A DNA stretch of 64,000 bases from Negativicutes bacterium (GTDB taxonomy: Bacteria; Bacillota; Negativicutes; UBA1444). Shown here piece after piece: positions 1-9,380 of this stretch; within the stretch, counting starts at the first letter, position 1; each line of letters starts with the position of its first letter. Location: positions 352,001 through 416,000 of the forward strand of contig CAXXIN010000007.1 in NCBI GenBank assembly GCA_963665275.2. The letters run 5' to 3'. The translations under genes and the position numbers were made by a program. Under the pieces are notes generated by a model. It was not told where the DNA came from. It did no database searches and worked only from the letters and a program-made list of their open reading frames with translations.

Positions 1-1040
1 TAATTCAAATTCCCCTGTCCGTTCCACATTTAGGTGTCAACGAAGTCAAGATATACTTGGTGATGTTGTTTGCAGAACAGGCAGAAAGAAAGGGAGAGAT
101 AAATAAGGATGCTTGGGAGAAAACAAAGGCTGATTTGCTATCCCTATTATCCAATGCTTGGCAGGGCGGGATACCTAAAACAAAGATTGAAAAGGCTTTC
201 GATGGCACTTCCATTGAAAAAATGCGGAAATACATTGATTTAGCTGAACAGCTTGCAGGAATCATGGTCACTGCTAAGAATATCAACGGAAATCCTCGCC
301 TTATCAAACGGTTCTTGAACAACTTGATTATAAGGGGAAAAGTTGCACGCCTCAACGGTATGACAATAGATTTTGGCTGTCTTGTTAAAATGCAATTGTT
401 CGAGCGCTGCGCTTCTCCTGCGGCATTTGAGTTCCTTGTTAAAAAATCGATTGAATCGCAAGATGGAAAATTGATTTTTCTTCAAGAAATAGAAGCAAAA
501 GTAGCCAGCGGGGATGATTATGCCACAGAGGATTCAAACTGGAAGTCACCGTTCATTACAGAATGGTTAAAACTTGAACCGAAGCTCGGCGACACCGACA
601 TTAGACCGTTGCTGTATTTGAGCCGTGACAGATCTTTATCTTTGGCAGCCTATGATGAACTTTCAATGGAAGCGAGTGAAGTTTTAACTGCATTAACCGC
701 TGTTGATAAAGACATACTTAAAGATATTGTGACTAAAGTCAAGGAGATTGGCGAAACAGAAGCCGAAAAATTGTTAGTGAGGCTTGGACGGATAGGTAGC
801 GGAAGTCAATGGGAAAAGAAAAATCTTATTGCTACATTGCATATCACCGAGGCTTATCCAAACTTAGGTAGCAGGCTTGTCAACCTATTAGATGCAATCC
901 CCGCGAAAATGCGGAAACCGGCTTTTATTCCGCTACTACTTGATAAATCGTGGGCAGCAGAAATGTTGACCAGATGGATCAATGATGATAACACACCTCC
1001 AGCGGTGAAAAAAGCCATTGCTGCGAAGGGAGGAAAATAA
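1..1040 (+). CDS. qatA: Qat anti-phage system KAP-family P-loop NTPase QatA (5'-partial; frame open from base 3)
   Basis: Frame reads IQIPLSVPHLGVNEVKIYLVMLF...GNPRLIKRFLNNL, a KAP NTPase C-terminal motif; lies directly upstream of qatBCD-like genes. Confidence 0.9.
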   Translation, partial: IQIPLSVPHLGVNEVKIYLVMLFAEQAERKGEINKDAWEKTKADLLSLLSNAWQGGIPKTKIEKAFDGTSIEKMRKYIDLAEQLAGIMVTAKNINGNPRLIKRFLNNLIIRGKVARLNGMTIDFGCLVKMQLFERCASPAAFEFLVKKSIESQDGKLIFLQEIEAKVASGDDYATEDSNWKSPFITEWLKLEPKLGDTDIRPLLYLSRDRSLSLAAYDELSMEASEVLTALTAVDKDILKDIVTKVKEIGETEAEKLLVRLGRIGSGSQWEKKNLIATLHITEAYPNLGSRLVNLLDAIPAKMRKPAFIPLLLDKSWAAEMLTRWINDDNTPPAVKKAIAAKGGK

Positions 1041-1044
1041 ACCT

Positions 1045-1857
1045 ATGGGAACATCAGCATCACATAACGGACCGAAGCCTGGCGTTTCATTTGACCCTTC
1101 GTGGTTAGATGACATTGATAATCCAGAGGCACCTACGGCACCTACGCAGAATCCTCAGACAGCACCTGCAGTGCCACTACTCGCCCCCTCGGCACGATTT
1201 GGGAGTGCTCGCCGCAGCATGGGCGATTACATAAGGAGCGGCAACCGAGAGTCTTTAACGAAATCGCTGGGACATTACTCGCGTACTGGTATGGGAGGTT
1301 CACGAAACGTAGCAAACCGTATGCGCCATTCCGCGAGTGTTGCATCCAAACTGTATTCATCATTTAGTTCACTTCGAGAGAGCAATGAACCCACAATAAG
1401 CAGCATCATCAGTAATTACAGGTCGGCAAATGTTGATGTGTATGGGCTAATTGACGCGATTGCAGAGTACATTTGCAGCGACGGAGGAAGTTTAGATGAG
1501 ACGTCCCCAAGAGATTCTGTTTCTTCGGCATTGAGTGACTTGTTTGACAAAAATCCCGATGTTGAATTAACTGCACTTTCAGACGATAGCGTTTGGTCAT
1601 TAGTTTCGTCTTTCCTCAGTTACGAAGCTTTCAGCAGAATTCAACTCGATATTGGCCAAGGGTTTGAAACAAAGGATATTTCTCTTACCGACCGCGTAAC
1701 GAGGCTTAACGATATGCGCGAGTATTTAGAGGCTGAAATTAGTTCTCAAATAGGAGTTATCCGTAACGAAATAGGAAACAAACCGCCGTCAGACCTACAC
1801 AAAGTTATGATGACAGCAATAGAAAGGACATTCAAAGTATTCGAGGTGACAGTATGA
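1045..1857 (+). CDS. qatB: Qat anti-phage system protein QatB
   Basis: N-terminus MGTSASHNGP...PSW after RBS GGAGG; RFGSARR and LGHYSRTGMGG motifs; located between qatA and the QueC-like gene. Confidence 0.88.
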   Translation: MGTSASHNGPKPGVSFDPSWLDDIDNPEAPTAPTQNPQTAPAVPLLAPSARFGSARRSMGDYIRSGNRESLTKSLGHYSRTGMGGSRNVANRMRHSASVASKLYSSFSSLRESNEPTISSIISNYRSANVDVYGLIDAIAEYICSDGGSLDETSPRDSVSSALSDLFDKNPDVELTALSDDSVWSLVSSFLSYEAFSRIQLDIGQGFETKDISLTDRVTRLNDMREYLEAEISSQIGVIRNEIGNKPPSDLHKVMMTAIERTFKVFEVTV

Positions 1858-3119
1858 GAAAGATAATCTGTTATCCACACTCCTCAGTCCCAGCCCATTT
1901 TGACAGTGATATTGACTACTTTGAACTATTTTCACATACAGAAGAATCCGCAATGAATATCAGATCATTGGGGCTTTCACTACCCGACGACCTTAAAAAG
2001 TATGGAATTGCACCACCCATTGCGGCGGTTGATTTTGCTGCATTTGCATTTTCCGTGGTTGCTTCGGACAAGTTGGTTCCGAGATCTGACAGTCCAGATG
2101 GATGGACAAGGATGATAGACCTAACCATCTTTCTGTCCGAACCTGAAAAATGGATGTCGCTAAAAACAAAAATCGAGAAAATGCTTAGGTTTCTCACAGG
2201 GGATTTCTGGACGCTAACGTTCCAACTCGCAGAAGCCCCGGCGATTCTAATTGCACACGAACCGCTCCAACGTAAGAATGATTGTGTTTGTTTGCTTTCA
2301 GGCGGCGTGGATAGTTTGGTTGGTGCTATAGACTTGTTATCCGGGAAGCGAAATCCTCTATTCGTGTCGCAGATTATCAGGGGAGATGCAGATCGACAGC
2401 GGAATTTTGCCAACCGTTTTGGCGAGCATAACCACTGTCAATGGAGCATTGGAAGACTCAAAGGGAGAGAGGGGTCAACTCGTGCCCGTTCCATTGCATT
2501 TTTCGCTTTTGCACTCTTGACGTCCTCTGCAATTTCGATATCAGACGGATTTACAGAAATTGTTGTGCCAGAGAATGGCTTCATCAGCTTGAATGTGCCG
2601 TTAGATTCTAATCGCATTGGGAGCTTAAGCACAAAGACAACCCATCCTGTTTATATGGCTCTGCTGCAAGAAATCTGGGATGCGCTTGGGATTAAAGCAA
2701 AATTAATTTTGCCTTATAAGTACAAGACCAAAGGTGAAGTTCTTAAAGAATGTAAGGATAGGCGGCTGTTGGAAGAATTGGTTTTTGAAACGAATAGTTG
2801 CGGCAAATTTCAACGCCATGGACTTAGGCACTGCGGTGTATGTGTGCCTTGTCTTGTACGTAGAGCGGCGTTTTTAGAAGCCGGTCTTCAAGACATTACT
2901 CAAAAGGGTTATCACCACGATGATATCAGTAAGTCCAATTCTAAAGATTTGGCTGCAGTCGCATTAGCGGTTAAGCAGGTTGATCTTTCGGGTATAAATA
3001 GGTTTGTTAAGGGGAATCTATCATTTGCTGAGTCCATTGACCGGAACGCTTATTTGGGAGTAGTTGCGCGAGGTATCGGTGAACTTGAAAAGCTACTGAG
3101 AAGTTACAAGATAGTATGA
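1854..3119 (+). CDS. qatC: Qat anti-phage system QueC-like protein QatC
   Basis: PP-loop LLSGGVDSL; VPENGFISLN; TKTTHP; Zn site SC..HCGVCVPCLVRR; ATGA overlap with qatB. Confidence 0.93.
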   Translation: MRKIICYPHSSVPAHFDSDIDYFELFSHTEESAMNIRSLGLSLPDDLKKYGIAPPIAAVDFAAFAFSVVASDKLVPRSDSPDGWTRMIDLTIFLSEPEKWMSLKTKIEKMLRFLTGDFWTLTFQLAEAPAILIAHEPLQRKNDCVCLLSGGVDSLVGAIDLLSGKRNPLFVSQIIRGDADRQRNFANRFGEHNHCQWSIGRLKGREGSTRARSIAFFAFALLTSSAISISDGFTEIVVPENGFISLNVPLDSNRIGSLSTKTTHPVYMALLQEIWDALGIKAKLILPYKYKTKGEVLKECKDRRLLEELVFETNSCGKFQRHGLRHCGVCVPCLVRRAAFLEAGLQDITQKGYHHDDISKSNSKDLAAVALAVKQVDLSGINRFVKGNLSFAESIDRNAYLGVVARGIGELEKLLRSYKIV

Positions 3120-3847
3120 TTGATTTTCACTGTCACCTTGATTTGTATAAAGACCCAATTTCGATACTCCCAGAAGTCAAGAGGCGTTGTACATATGTGC
3201 TAGCCGTTACCACCAGTCCACGCGCTTGGCAAAAGGCAAAGCAAGTATTTGCAGGAGTTGATTGTATTCAGGTAGCGCTGGGACTACATCCCGAAGTTCT
3301 TTCATCGAAAATGAATGAGATAGACATGCTACTATCAAACATTCGCCATTGCAAGTATATTGGGGAGGTCGGGATAGACGGTTCTGGACAATATAAGACT
3401 TCGTACCAAGCACAAAAGGATTTATTCAGAGAAATTGCTCGAACCGCTGAAAAATGTGGTGGAAGAATAATTAGTATACATTCAAGAAATGCGGTAAAAG
3501 ACGTTCTGGACATTATCGAGGGCGATGTAGTAACCAGCGTGCCCGTTCTTCACTGGTTCTCAGGTACTATGGAAGAACTTGAACGCGCAAATGCGCTTGG
3601 TTGTTGGTTTAGCGTTAGCCCTGCAATGCTTTCAGGAAATAAAGGCAAAAGGCTCGTCTCTAAAATGCCGCTTTCGCGAATTCTGCCCGAAACCGATGCG
3701 CCATTTACTGAAAAATGTGGAGTTCCTTATATGCCATGGGAAGCCTATGAAATAATTGATACGCTTAAAGATTTTTTTCGTCTCGATACCGAACAAATTA
3801 AAAATGAATTGCTTTCCAATGCTAAACAGTTTATAAATTGTCGGTAA
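3116..3847 (+). CDS. qatD: Qat anti-phage system TatD-family nuclease QatD
   Basis: DFHCHLD, GLHP, IGEVGIDG, SIHSR, LHWFSG and PETDAPF TatD motifs; ATGA overlap with qatC. Confidence 0.93.
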   Translation: MIDFHCHLDLYKDPISILPEVKRRCTYVLAVTTSPRAWQKAKQVFAGVDCIQVALGLHPEVLSSKMNEIDMLLSNIRHCKYIGEVGIDGSGQYKTSYQAQKDLFREIARTAEKCGGRIISIHSRNAVKDVLDIIEGDVVTSVPVLHWFSGTMEELERANALGCWFSVSPAMLSGNKGKRLVSKMPLSRILPETDAPFTEKCGVPYMPWEAYEIIDTLKDFFRLDTEQIKNELLSNAKQFINCR

Positions 3848-3992
3848 TATTGGAGTGTTCTGGCGCATTGAAGGTTGGCAGAAGCTATCTCTGATATATT
3901 GCAGGCGCGTGGATTGACAGAACGCTGACTGCTTCAAATCGCAATGAAATCATAGCTGTCCGTAGCTTTGGAGCAAAAGAGGTAATTATTTT

Positions 3993-4898
3993 ATGACGCT
4001 TACTAACCAATTTCAAAATGAGGTTGCCAGAAAACTTACAGAATTATTTGGTGGTTATATTTCCGAAATCAAGCATTCGGATGTTTGGATTAGTAGTAAT
4101 GAGCTATTTGGAGCAAATCAACTAATCCGAAGACAGTATAATGATATTAACGAATTATTAGAAGTGAACGCGATCGACCTACAATGCGAGGATGATACAA
4201 CCAGATTATTTATTTGCCACAAATTAATTCACTTGGAGATCGATAATATAAGGGAGAATAAAAGAATGCGAGTTGCTCCTCCTTTTAAGATCTTAGAGTG
4301 TGTTTCGGAATCATGTAGTAGGTATTTCGATAACGATGCCGCCCTAGTTTACCCTGGACATATTAATGGTCAACCGATTTATAGCCCAGTAGTAGATTTA
4401 GCGATTGCTCCAACAATCAAGTATCGACAACATACTCAACCAATAGGGATTTATCCATTATATAATGGTCGGAATATCTTTGGGCTTTTGGATAAACTTT
4501 CTTTTATTCAGGGGCTAAAAAGAAAACTGGATGAACATTGTATAGCAAACTATAATCGAATCGGATTGCGTTATGATAATATCGAACATAATTATAGACC
4601 CCTATGCCTTTTTGCATTAGAAATTGAAAATCAAATTAACAAGAAGCATCTAATGGGAGACTTTATGAACAGTTTACTATTAGCTAGGCACCCAGTTGTG
4701 TTGGTTCCTGAAAACAAACTTGATGATTGTTTGGAACTTGTTAATCTTAGTAAAATAATTTCTGATATTAAGCAGGTCAATATTTATGATTTGCTGCGGA
4801 GAGTTATTATTTTATCAATACCTCAGTTTCGTCAATCTGTTGACCAGCTTCTAAACGAACGAGGGATAAGTTGTTTGGGGATACAAGATTTTCGATAA
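3993..4898 (+). CDS. Hypothetical protein, putative PD-(D/E)XK-like nuclease
   Basis: AT-rich 301-aa ORF with RBS GAGGT; motif YSPVVDLAIAP...LFALEIE..NKKHLMGD resembles a restriction-endonuclease-like D...ExE core. Confidence 0.55.
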   Translation: MTLTNQFQNEVARKLTELFGGYISEIKHSDVWISSNELFGANQLIRRQYNDINELLEVNAIDLQCEDDTTRLFICHKLIHLEIDNIRENKRMRVAPPFKILECVSESCSRYFDNDAALVYPGHINGQPIYSPVVDLAIAPTIKYRQHTQPIGIYPLYNGRNIFGLLDKLSFIQGLKRKLDEHCIANYNRIGLRYDNIEHNYRPLCLFALEIENQINKKHLMGDFMNSLLLARHPVVLVPENKLDDCLELVNLSKIISDIKQVNIYDLLRRVIILSIPQFRQSVDQLLNERGISCLGIQDFR

Positions 4899-5053
4899 AA
4901 TAGTTAAATAAAATTTGTGATACGCAATGTTGCTGATTGGCCTATGCAATCCCTGTCCAATGACGTTGAGTGCAATTTTCCAAAGCATAAATTGCCATCA
5001 ATCGACGAACTTAAGATATCGCTAAAATAAATGGGTGGATTTTCCCGATCACG

Positions 5054-5067
5054 CCTCGCCTCCACCA
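5054..5067 (+). mobile_element. Possible attR remnant (copy of a tmRNA/tRNA 3' end)
   Basis: CCTCGCCTCCACCA resembles the acceptor-stem/CCA end of Firmicute ssrA; sits at the right edge of the defence gene block. Confidence 0.35.
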
Positions 5068-5175
5068 CTGAATTGAGGTAATATGAGTGTCCATACGTCG
5101 CTTGGGGTCGATAAAAACAGAACATGACAGTTAAGACAATTCCCTGTGAGAGCAATGTACGCGAGAGGTGATAAA

Positions 5176-5571
5176 ATGGATTTAATGATTTTTTCTGGCA
5201 TAGGCTTTATTACCTTTGTAACAGGACTATTATTGCTGAAGAGGGAAATCGGATTATTCAAAAATGTTGTTACTACTAAAGCAACTGTTGTCAGATATAA
5301 TGAGTATCCGAATATAAATAGACTTACCATGTATACCATGGTTGCTGAATATGAGCTAATGGATGGAAAAATCATCCAAGCACCAGAGCAGTCAGGATGC
5401 ACTCGACGAAAATACGCAATAGGAACTGAAATTCAGATCGGATATAGTCAAGAGAAGCCAGAGCTGTTTACTGTCAAAAATGATTATTCTAGAAAAGCTG
5501 CTATGGCGGGAATGAGCATTGTAGGCTTAGCAATGTTTATATTTGGCGTGTTTAGAGGAAAGCAGTTATAG
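5176..5571 (+). CDS. DUF3592-like membrane protein
   Basis: N- and C-terminal TM helices flanking TKATVV...YAIGTEIQIGYSQEKPE; RBS GAGGTG. Confidence 0.7.
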   Translation: MDLMIFSGIGFITFVTGLLLLKREIGLFKNVVTTKATVVRYNEYPNINRLTMYTMVAEYELMDGKIIQAPEQSGCTRRKYAIGTEIQIGYSQEKPELFTVKNDYSRKAAMAGMSIVGLAMFIFGVFRGKQL

Positions 5572-5598
5572 TCAGTATTACGTAAATGAGGTGACAAT

Positions 5599-5778
5599 AT
5601 GATTAGTTTATTGCGCGGGCTACGCTGGTTGGTATGTCTGGGGTATCTGTTAATAGTTTTTGCTATTCTAAACTTTTTGCCTTCCGACGCTATGGAGTTT
5701 GCCCTAATATTATTTGTCATCGTTGGTTTTTGTGGTTATCGAATGCTTTTTGTTGGTGATGGTACCAGCATCTTTTGA
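5599..5778 (+). CDS. Small hydrophobic membrane protein (59 aa; not in ORF track)
   Basis: RBS GAGGTG then ATG; MISLLRGLRWLVCLGYLLIVFAILNFLPSDAMEFALILFVIVGFCGYRMLFVGDGTSIF has two hydrophobic segments. Confidence 0.55.
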   Translation: MISLLRGLRWLVCLGYLLIVFAILNFLPSDAMEFALILFVIVGFCGYRMLFVGDGTSIF

Positions 5779-5952
5779 CGGCTAAATATAAAAAGTAACC
5801 ATTCAACTGAAAACGAATGAGTATTAAAAAAACTCCTTTCATTTTCCTCTTATTTATGTTATTACTATATTGAATCGGAGTGAGAAATTCCGCCAATGGA
5901 CTGCTGTTCCGAGAATCCAGAAACGGTATTTAGGAAAGGGGCTGAATCTTAT

Positions 5953-6720
5953 ATGGAATCTACAAACTTTACAAATAATAATCCAGAAAATAAAGGTGTA
6001 GCAAAAACAATTATTTTAAGTTTATCGCTATTGCTGGGTCTTTGTTTGTTAGGTTTTTTTATTTTCCAAGGGCTAAAAACTTTTAGCGACAAAGACCGTG
6101 TAGTAACCGTAAAAGGATTAGCTGAAATGGATATGAAGGCAACTTCCGTGACGATGGCCTTAACTTTTTCGCTTTCGGGCGATGATTTTCAGAATATAAT
6201 TAAGCAAACGGAAAACAAGAAAAGCGCCATCATTGATTATTTAACAAGTATTGGATACAACAAAAATGACATTACAATAAGCCATCTCGATGTAACCGAC
6301 CGACAAAAATATTACGAAACCCGCACGCAAAATGGATTACAGGTACAAGTAAAAATAGACCGCTATACCGTTGGGCAAACCCTGACAGTTAAAGCGAAAG
6401 ACGTAGAAACGATAGAAAATAAAGCAGCGCAAATAAACTTGGATTTGGTTACCAAAGATTTAACATCGAATGTAAAGACTGTCTATACTTATCCTGAATT
6501 AAATTCGATAAAGCCGCAATTAATCGCTGAAAGCACCAAAAACGCACGCATCGCCGGCCAGCAATTTGCAGACGATTCGCAAGCAAAATTAGGCAAAATA
6601 AAAACTGCTTCGCAAGGACAAATTTCTCTCTCTGAATATTATCCCAATAATGAAGGCGGCGGAAAACAAAAAGTTCAAAAAGCCAGAGTAGTTAGCGAGA
6701 TCGTTTTTTTCTTAGAATAA
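5953..6720 (+). CDS. SIMPL (DUF541) domain protein
   Basis: N-terminal TM; DRVVTVKGLAE and LIAESTKNARIAGQQFADDS..LGKIKTASQGQ motifs. Confidence 0.85.
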   Translation: MESTNFTNNNPENKGVAKTIILSLSLLLGLCLLGFFIFQGLKTFSDKDRVVTVKGLAEMDMKATSVTMALTFSLSGDDFQNIIKQTENKKSAIIDYLTSIGYNKNDITISHLDVTDRQKYYETRTQNGLQVQVKIDRYTVGQTLTVKAKDVETIENKAAQINLDLVTKDLTSNVKTVYTYPELNSIKPQLIAESTKNARIAGQQFADDSQAKLGKIKTASQGQISLSEYYPNNEGGGKQKVQKARVVSEIVFFLE

Positions 6721-6729
6721 CAAATGCCC

Positions 6730-6770
6730 AACTACTAAGAGCCCGCGAAATTCGCGGGCTCTTAGTAGTT
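6730..6770. terminator. Perfect 20-bp inverted repeat between convergent genes
   Basis: AACTACTAAGAGCCCGCGAA-A-TTCGCGGGCTCTTAGTAGTT. Confidence 0.8.
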
Positions 6771-6776
6771 TGTAGA

Positions 6777-7502
6777 TTAGATGACCTTGGCAATCAGTTG
6801 AATGAGATTAAAATACTGTCCGTTTTCAGCTTTCATCATTTCTATGTCTCCCGCCACAACGGGATGGTATGCGGAGAGCCATTCATCCCACGCCTGTTTG
6901 CAGCAGGCCATTTCGCGGACATCAACCAGTTCAACGCCCGCCTCCCTTTCCCATAGCTCCTTCCACCAGTCAAGAGAGCGTATGGTTCTTGCGATCTCGT
7001 CATTCCAAAACGGTCGCATTTCCTCCGGGACATTTTCCCCAAACTCATATTTTAAGCCGGGAATCGCCACGGCGACATAGCCGCCTTTTTTTATGTGAGG
7101 AATGATCGCTGGGAGCATTTCCGCCGTATCGCCGAAATAATGATAAGCATCCACGCTAAACAACAGGTCAAAATATCCGTTTGCAAACGGCAGCCCCTTG
7201 GTCGCGTCTACGGAAATAGGCACTGCCTTGTCAGCAATCCCGATCGATTGGAACCTTCCATAATTCTCGGTCGGTGAAATCCAAAGATCGGCGGCGAAAA
7301 CAGACGCACCGTATTTTTTTGTCAAGAGCAGCGTGGAAAGACCGCACCCGCAGCCGAGGTCAAGTATCCGCGACTTCTCATTGATGTCGAGGTATGACGC
7401 CAATTCCTCGGATACCCGCATGGCATTCGGCCCCATCATAGTGGCTTTCAAAAACTCCAGGTTGTTATGATCAGAAATGAATTGGTTTGTAAATGTATAC
7501 AT
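6777..7502 (-). CDS. Class I SAM-dependent methyltransferase
   Basis: ILDLGCGCGLS motif I; LPFANGYFDLLFSVDAYHYFG. Confidence 0.9.
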   Translation of the reverse strand: MYTFTNQFISDHNNLEFLKATMMGPNAMRVSEELASYLDINEKSRILDLGCGCGLSTLLLTKKYGASVFAADLWISPTENYGRFQSIGIADKAVPISVDATKGLPFANGYFDLLFSVDAYHYFGDTAEMLPAIIPHIKKGGYVAVAIPGLKYEFGENVPEEMRPFWNDEIARTIRSLDWWKELWEREAGVELVDVREMACCKQAWDEWLSAYHPVVAGDIEMMKAENGQYFNLIQLIAKVI

Positions 7503-7509
7503 AGTGAAT

Positions 7510-7749
7510 CTTCCTTTCTGTTTTAGCCTTACAGAAAGACAATAAAAAAGCGCAGCATTATTCTACTGCGCTACAAATTACACCATTAAGATGGGTGTGT
7601 GTTCAATCTGTAAGGCAGTTTATGGTAACACAAATAAAGCAGTCCAACTGCTCGTTTTATGTCCGTAACCTAAACTCTTACAGAACGACCGACATCAACT
7701 CACTCCTTCTTTCGTGAACGACTATATCATGAGATTATGAATTTTTCAA
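7510..7749 (-). promoter_or_regulatory. SigA promoter plus leader-peptide (MSVVL) attenuator of the methyltransferase gene
   Basis: TTGAAA-17-TATAGT with TG extension (7749-7721); RBS AAGGAG and uORF 7695-7678; terminator 7572-7544; RBS-occluding hairpin; alternative pairings via TCTGTAAG/CTTACAGA. Confidence 0.7.
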
Positions 7750-7809
7750 GTGCAATAATACTACATTCACTTATCCAAAACAATGAAACTTTTCTATGGA
7801 GTTAGCGAA

Positions 7810-8262
7810 TTAATAGATAATATGAATGCTGCCATCCTTAAATATTTCTATCTCATTATAGCTATTCTTGATTTTCTTCTCAGTAGCACTATCCACAGTG
7901 GAGATATCGACAAACCCATAAATAATAGCGCAATAATTATTAAAGTTCCCCATATTGTTAATTCCAAAGTAATAATGAATATCATTCTTTTTGCCGTTAG
8001 GCGCCAACTTTAAGCCGTGCTTCTTCAGCCATTCGACAGTTTCCTCATGACTCTTAAGCCCGTTTGTAAGGTAGGCGATTACGTGACGATCTGTGCCGGC
8101 GTGCCCCACTTTAAAGTGGTCCAAACATTCCTGGCAAATGCCTTTTTCTCCAACGAAAGCGTATGCGACAGGTTTATCTTCATAACAATAAAAGCAGGTA
8201 CCATTATTGTGGCGGCGCCACTTATAAACATCTTCGTATAGTTCTTTCTTCCGAAATGGCAT
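7810..8262 (-). CDS. Hypothetical protein with N-terminal CxxC...CxxC Zn-ribbon
   Basis: TCFYC...ICQEC; RBS AAGGAG. Confidence 0.7.
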   Translation of the reverse strand: MPFRKKELYEDVYKWRRHNNGTCFYCYEDKPVAYAFVGEKGICQECLDHFKVGHAGTDRHVIAYLTNGLKSHEETVEWLKKHGLKLAPNGKKNDIHYYFGINNMGNFNNYCAIIYGFVDISTVDSATEKKIKNSYNEIEIFKDGSIHIIY

Positions 8263-8334
8263 ATATTAATTCTCCTTACTCTATTTTTCATAGTATACCT
8301 TAGTATATCTGGTTAGCAATGTCCTCTACGAGTT

Positions 8335-9108
8335 TTATATTCTGATGTCACCAACGGAATACAATGTTGCATAACCGCCCAGGGACACCCGGTCACCTTC
8401 TTGCCTGCAATATAGCGTACCGCCACGCGGCGATGCTTGCCTGGCTACTAGAGCCGTCTTGCCGAGCCTGTTGGCCCAAAAGGGAATGATATGGCAATGA
8501 CCGGAACCACATACCGGGTCTTCCGAGATGCCACATTTCGGAGCAAAGGTACGTGATACACAATCATATTCGGTTCCTTTTGCAGAAAAGTGAACCAACA
8601 ATCCGTCCAATTCCTTTACCTTGTCCAGATTCGGATTTGCTCCAAAAACCTGACTCTCATCTTCCATGATACACAGCAAATCTCGCCCCAAATAGGCCTC
8701 TATCGGACGGACATTCAGTGCTTCGGCAATGACATCGGTGACAGGAACCTGTTGCAACTTATAGCTGGGGAAATCCATCTCATACAACTCACCCTTTTTC
8801 GTTACAACTAGTTGGCCGCTCAACGTAGTGAAATGAATTGAAGATATATTCGTTTCCACGAAATTGGCAATTGCATATGCCGTTGCCAAGGTCGCATGAC
8901 CGCACAAATCGATTTCACCGCCCGGAGTAAACCAGCGCAAATGATATCTATTGCCTTCCTTTACCGCAAAAGCCGTTTCAGAGAGATTGTTTTCCATGGC
9001 TATCTTTTGCATCAAGTCGGCAGATAACCACTTTTCCATGATGCACACTGCCGCAGGATTTCCTTCAAAGATTTGTTTGGCAAAAGCATCCACTACATAA
9101 TATTTCAC
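8335..9108 (-). CDS. PhzF-family epimerase/isomerase
   Basis: VDAF..GNPAAV, NLSETAF, LRWFTP..EIDLCGHATLA and EDPVCGS motifs. Confidence 0.93.
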   Translation of the reverse strand: MKYYVVDAFAKQIFEGNPAAVCIMEKWLSADLMQKIAMENNLSETAFAVKEGNRYHLRWFTPGGEIDLCGHATLATAYAIANFVETNISSIHFTTLSGQLVVTKKGELYEMDFPSYKLQQVPVTDVIAEALNVRPIEAYLGRDLLCIMEDESQVFGANPNLDKVKELDGLLVHFSAKGTEYDCVSRTFAPKCGISEDPVCGSGHCHIIPFWANRLGKTALVARQASPRGGTLYCRQEGDRVSLGGYATLYSVGDIRI

Positions 9109-9380
9109 AATGAGTCCTCCCCAGTATAATTATGTTGCTCCAATTATAGAATTGCGCGCATTACATTGCAATAGAATGCGGCTAACGCTCTTGTTCTAAG
9201 CCGAACGGTTAAATCAATATGTTCATGTTTTTCTATTTATTAGAAGGAATAGCACTTCCAATGTTTAATTACTTTACTCATGACAATTATTTCATGTGGA
9301 ATCCTGGATCTAGTTACGGAAAGAAGGATGGTTAAATCGGGAATTTTTAGACATAACAACTATTTGGGGAGGGATGTGTG

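Noticed and set aside
3848-3992. Short open frame LAEAISDILQARGLTER after qatD
   Set aside because: No start codon or RBS; at most an unassignable gene remnant
7795-9215. GTTAGC/GCTAAC words near gene ends suggesting integron attC sites
   Set aside because: No matching paired R and L boxes at consistent spacing and no integrase in the window
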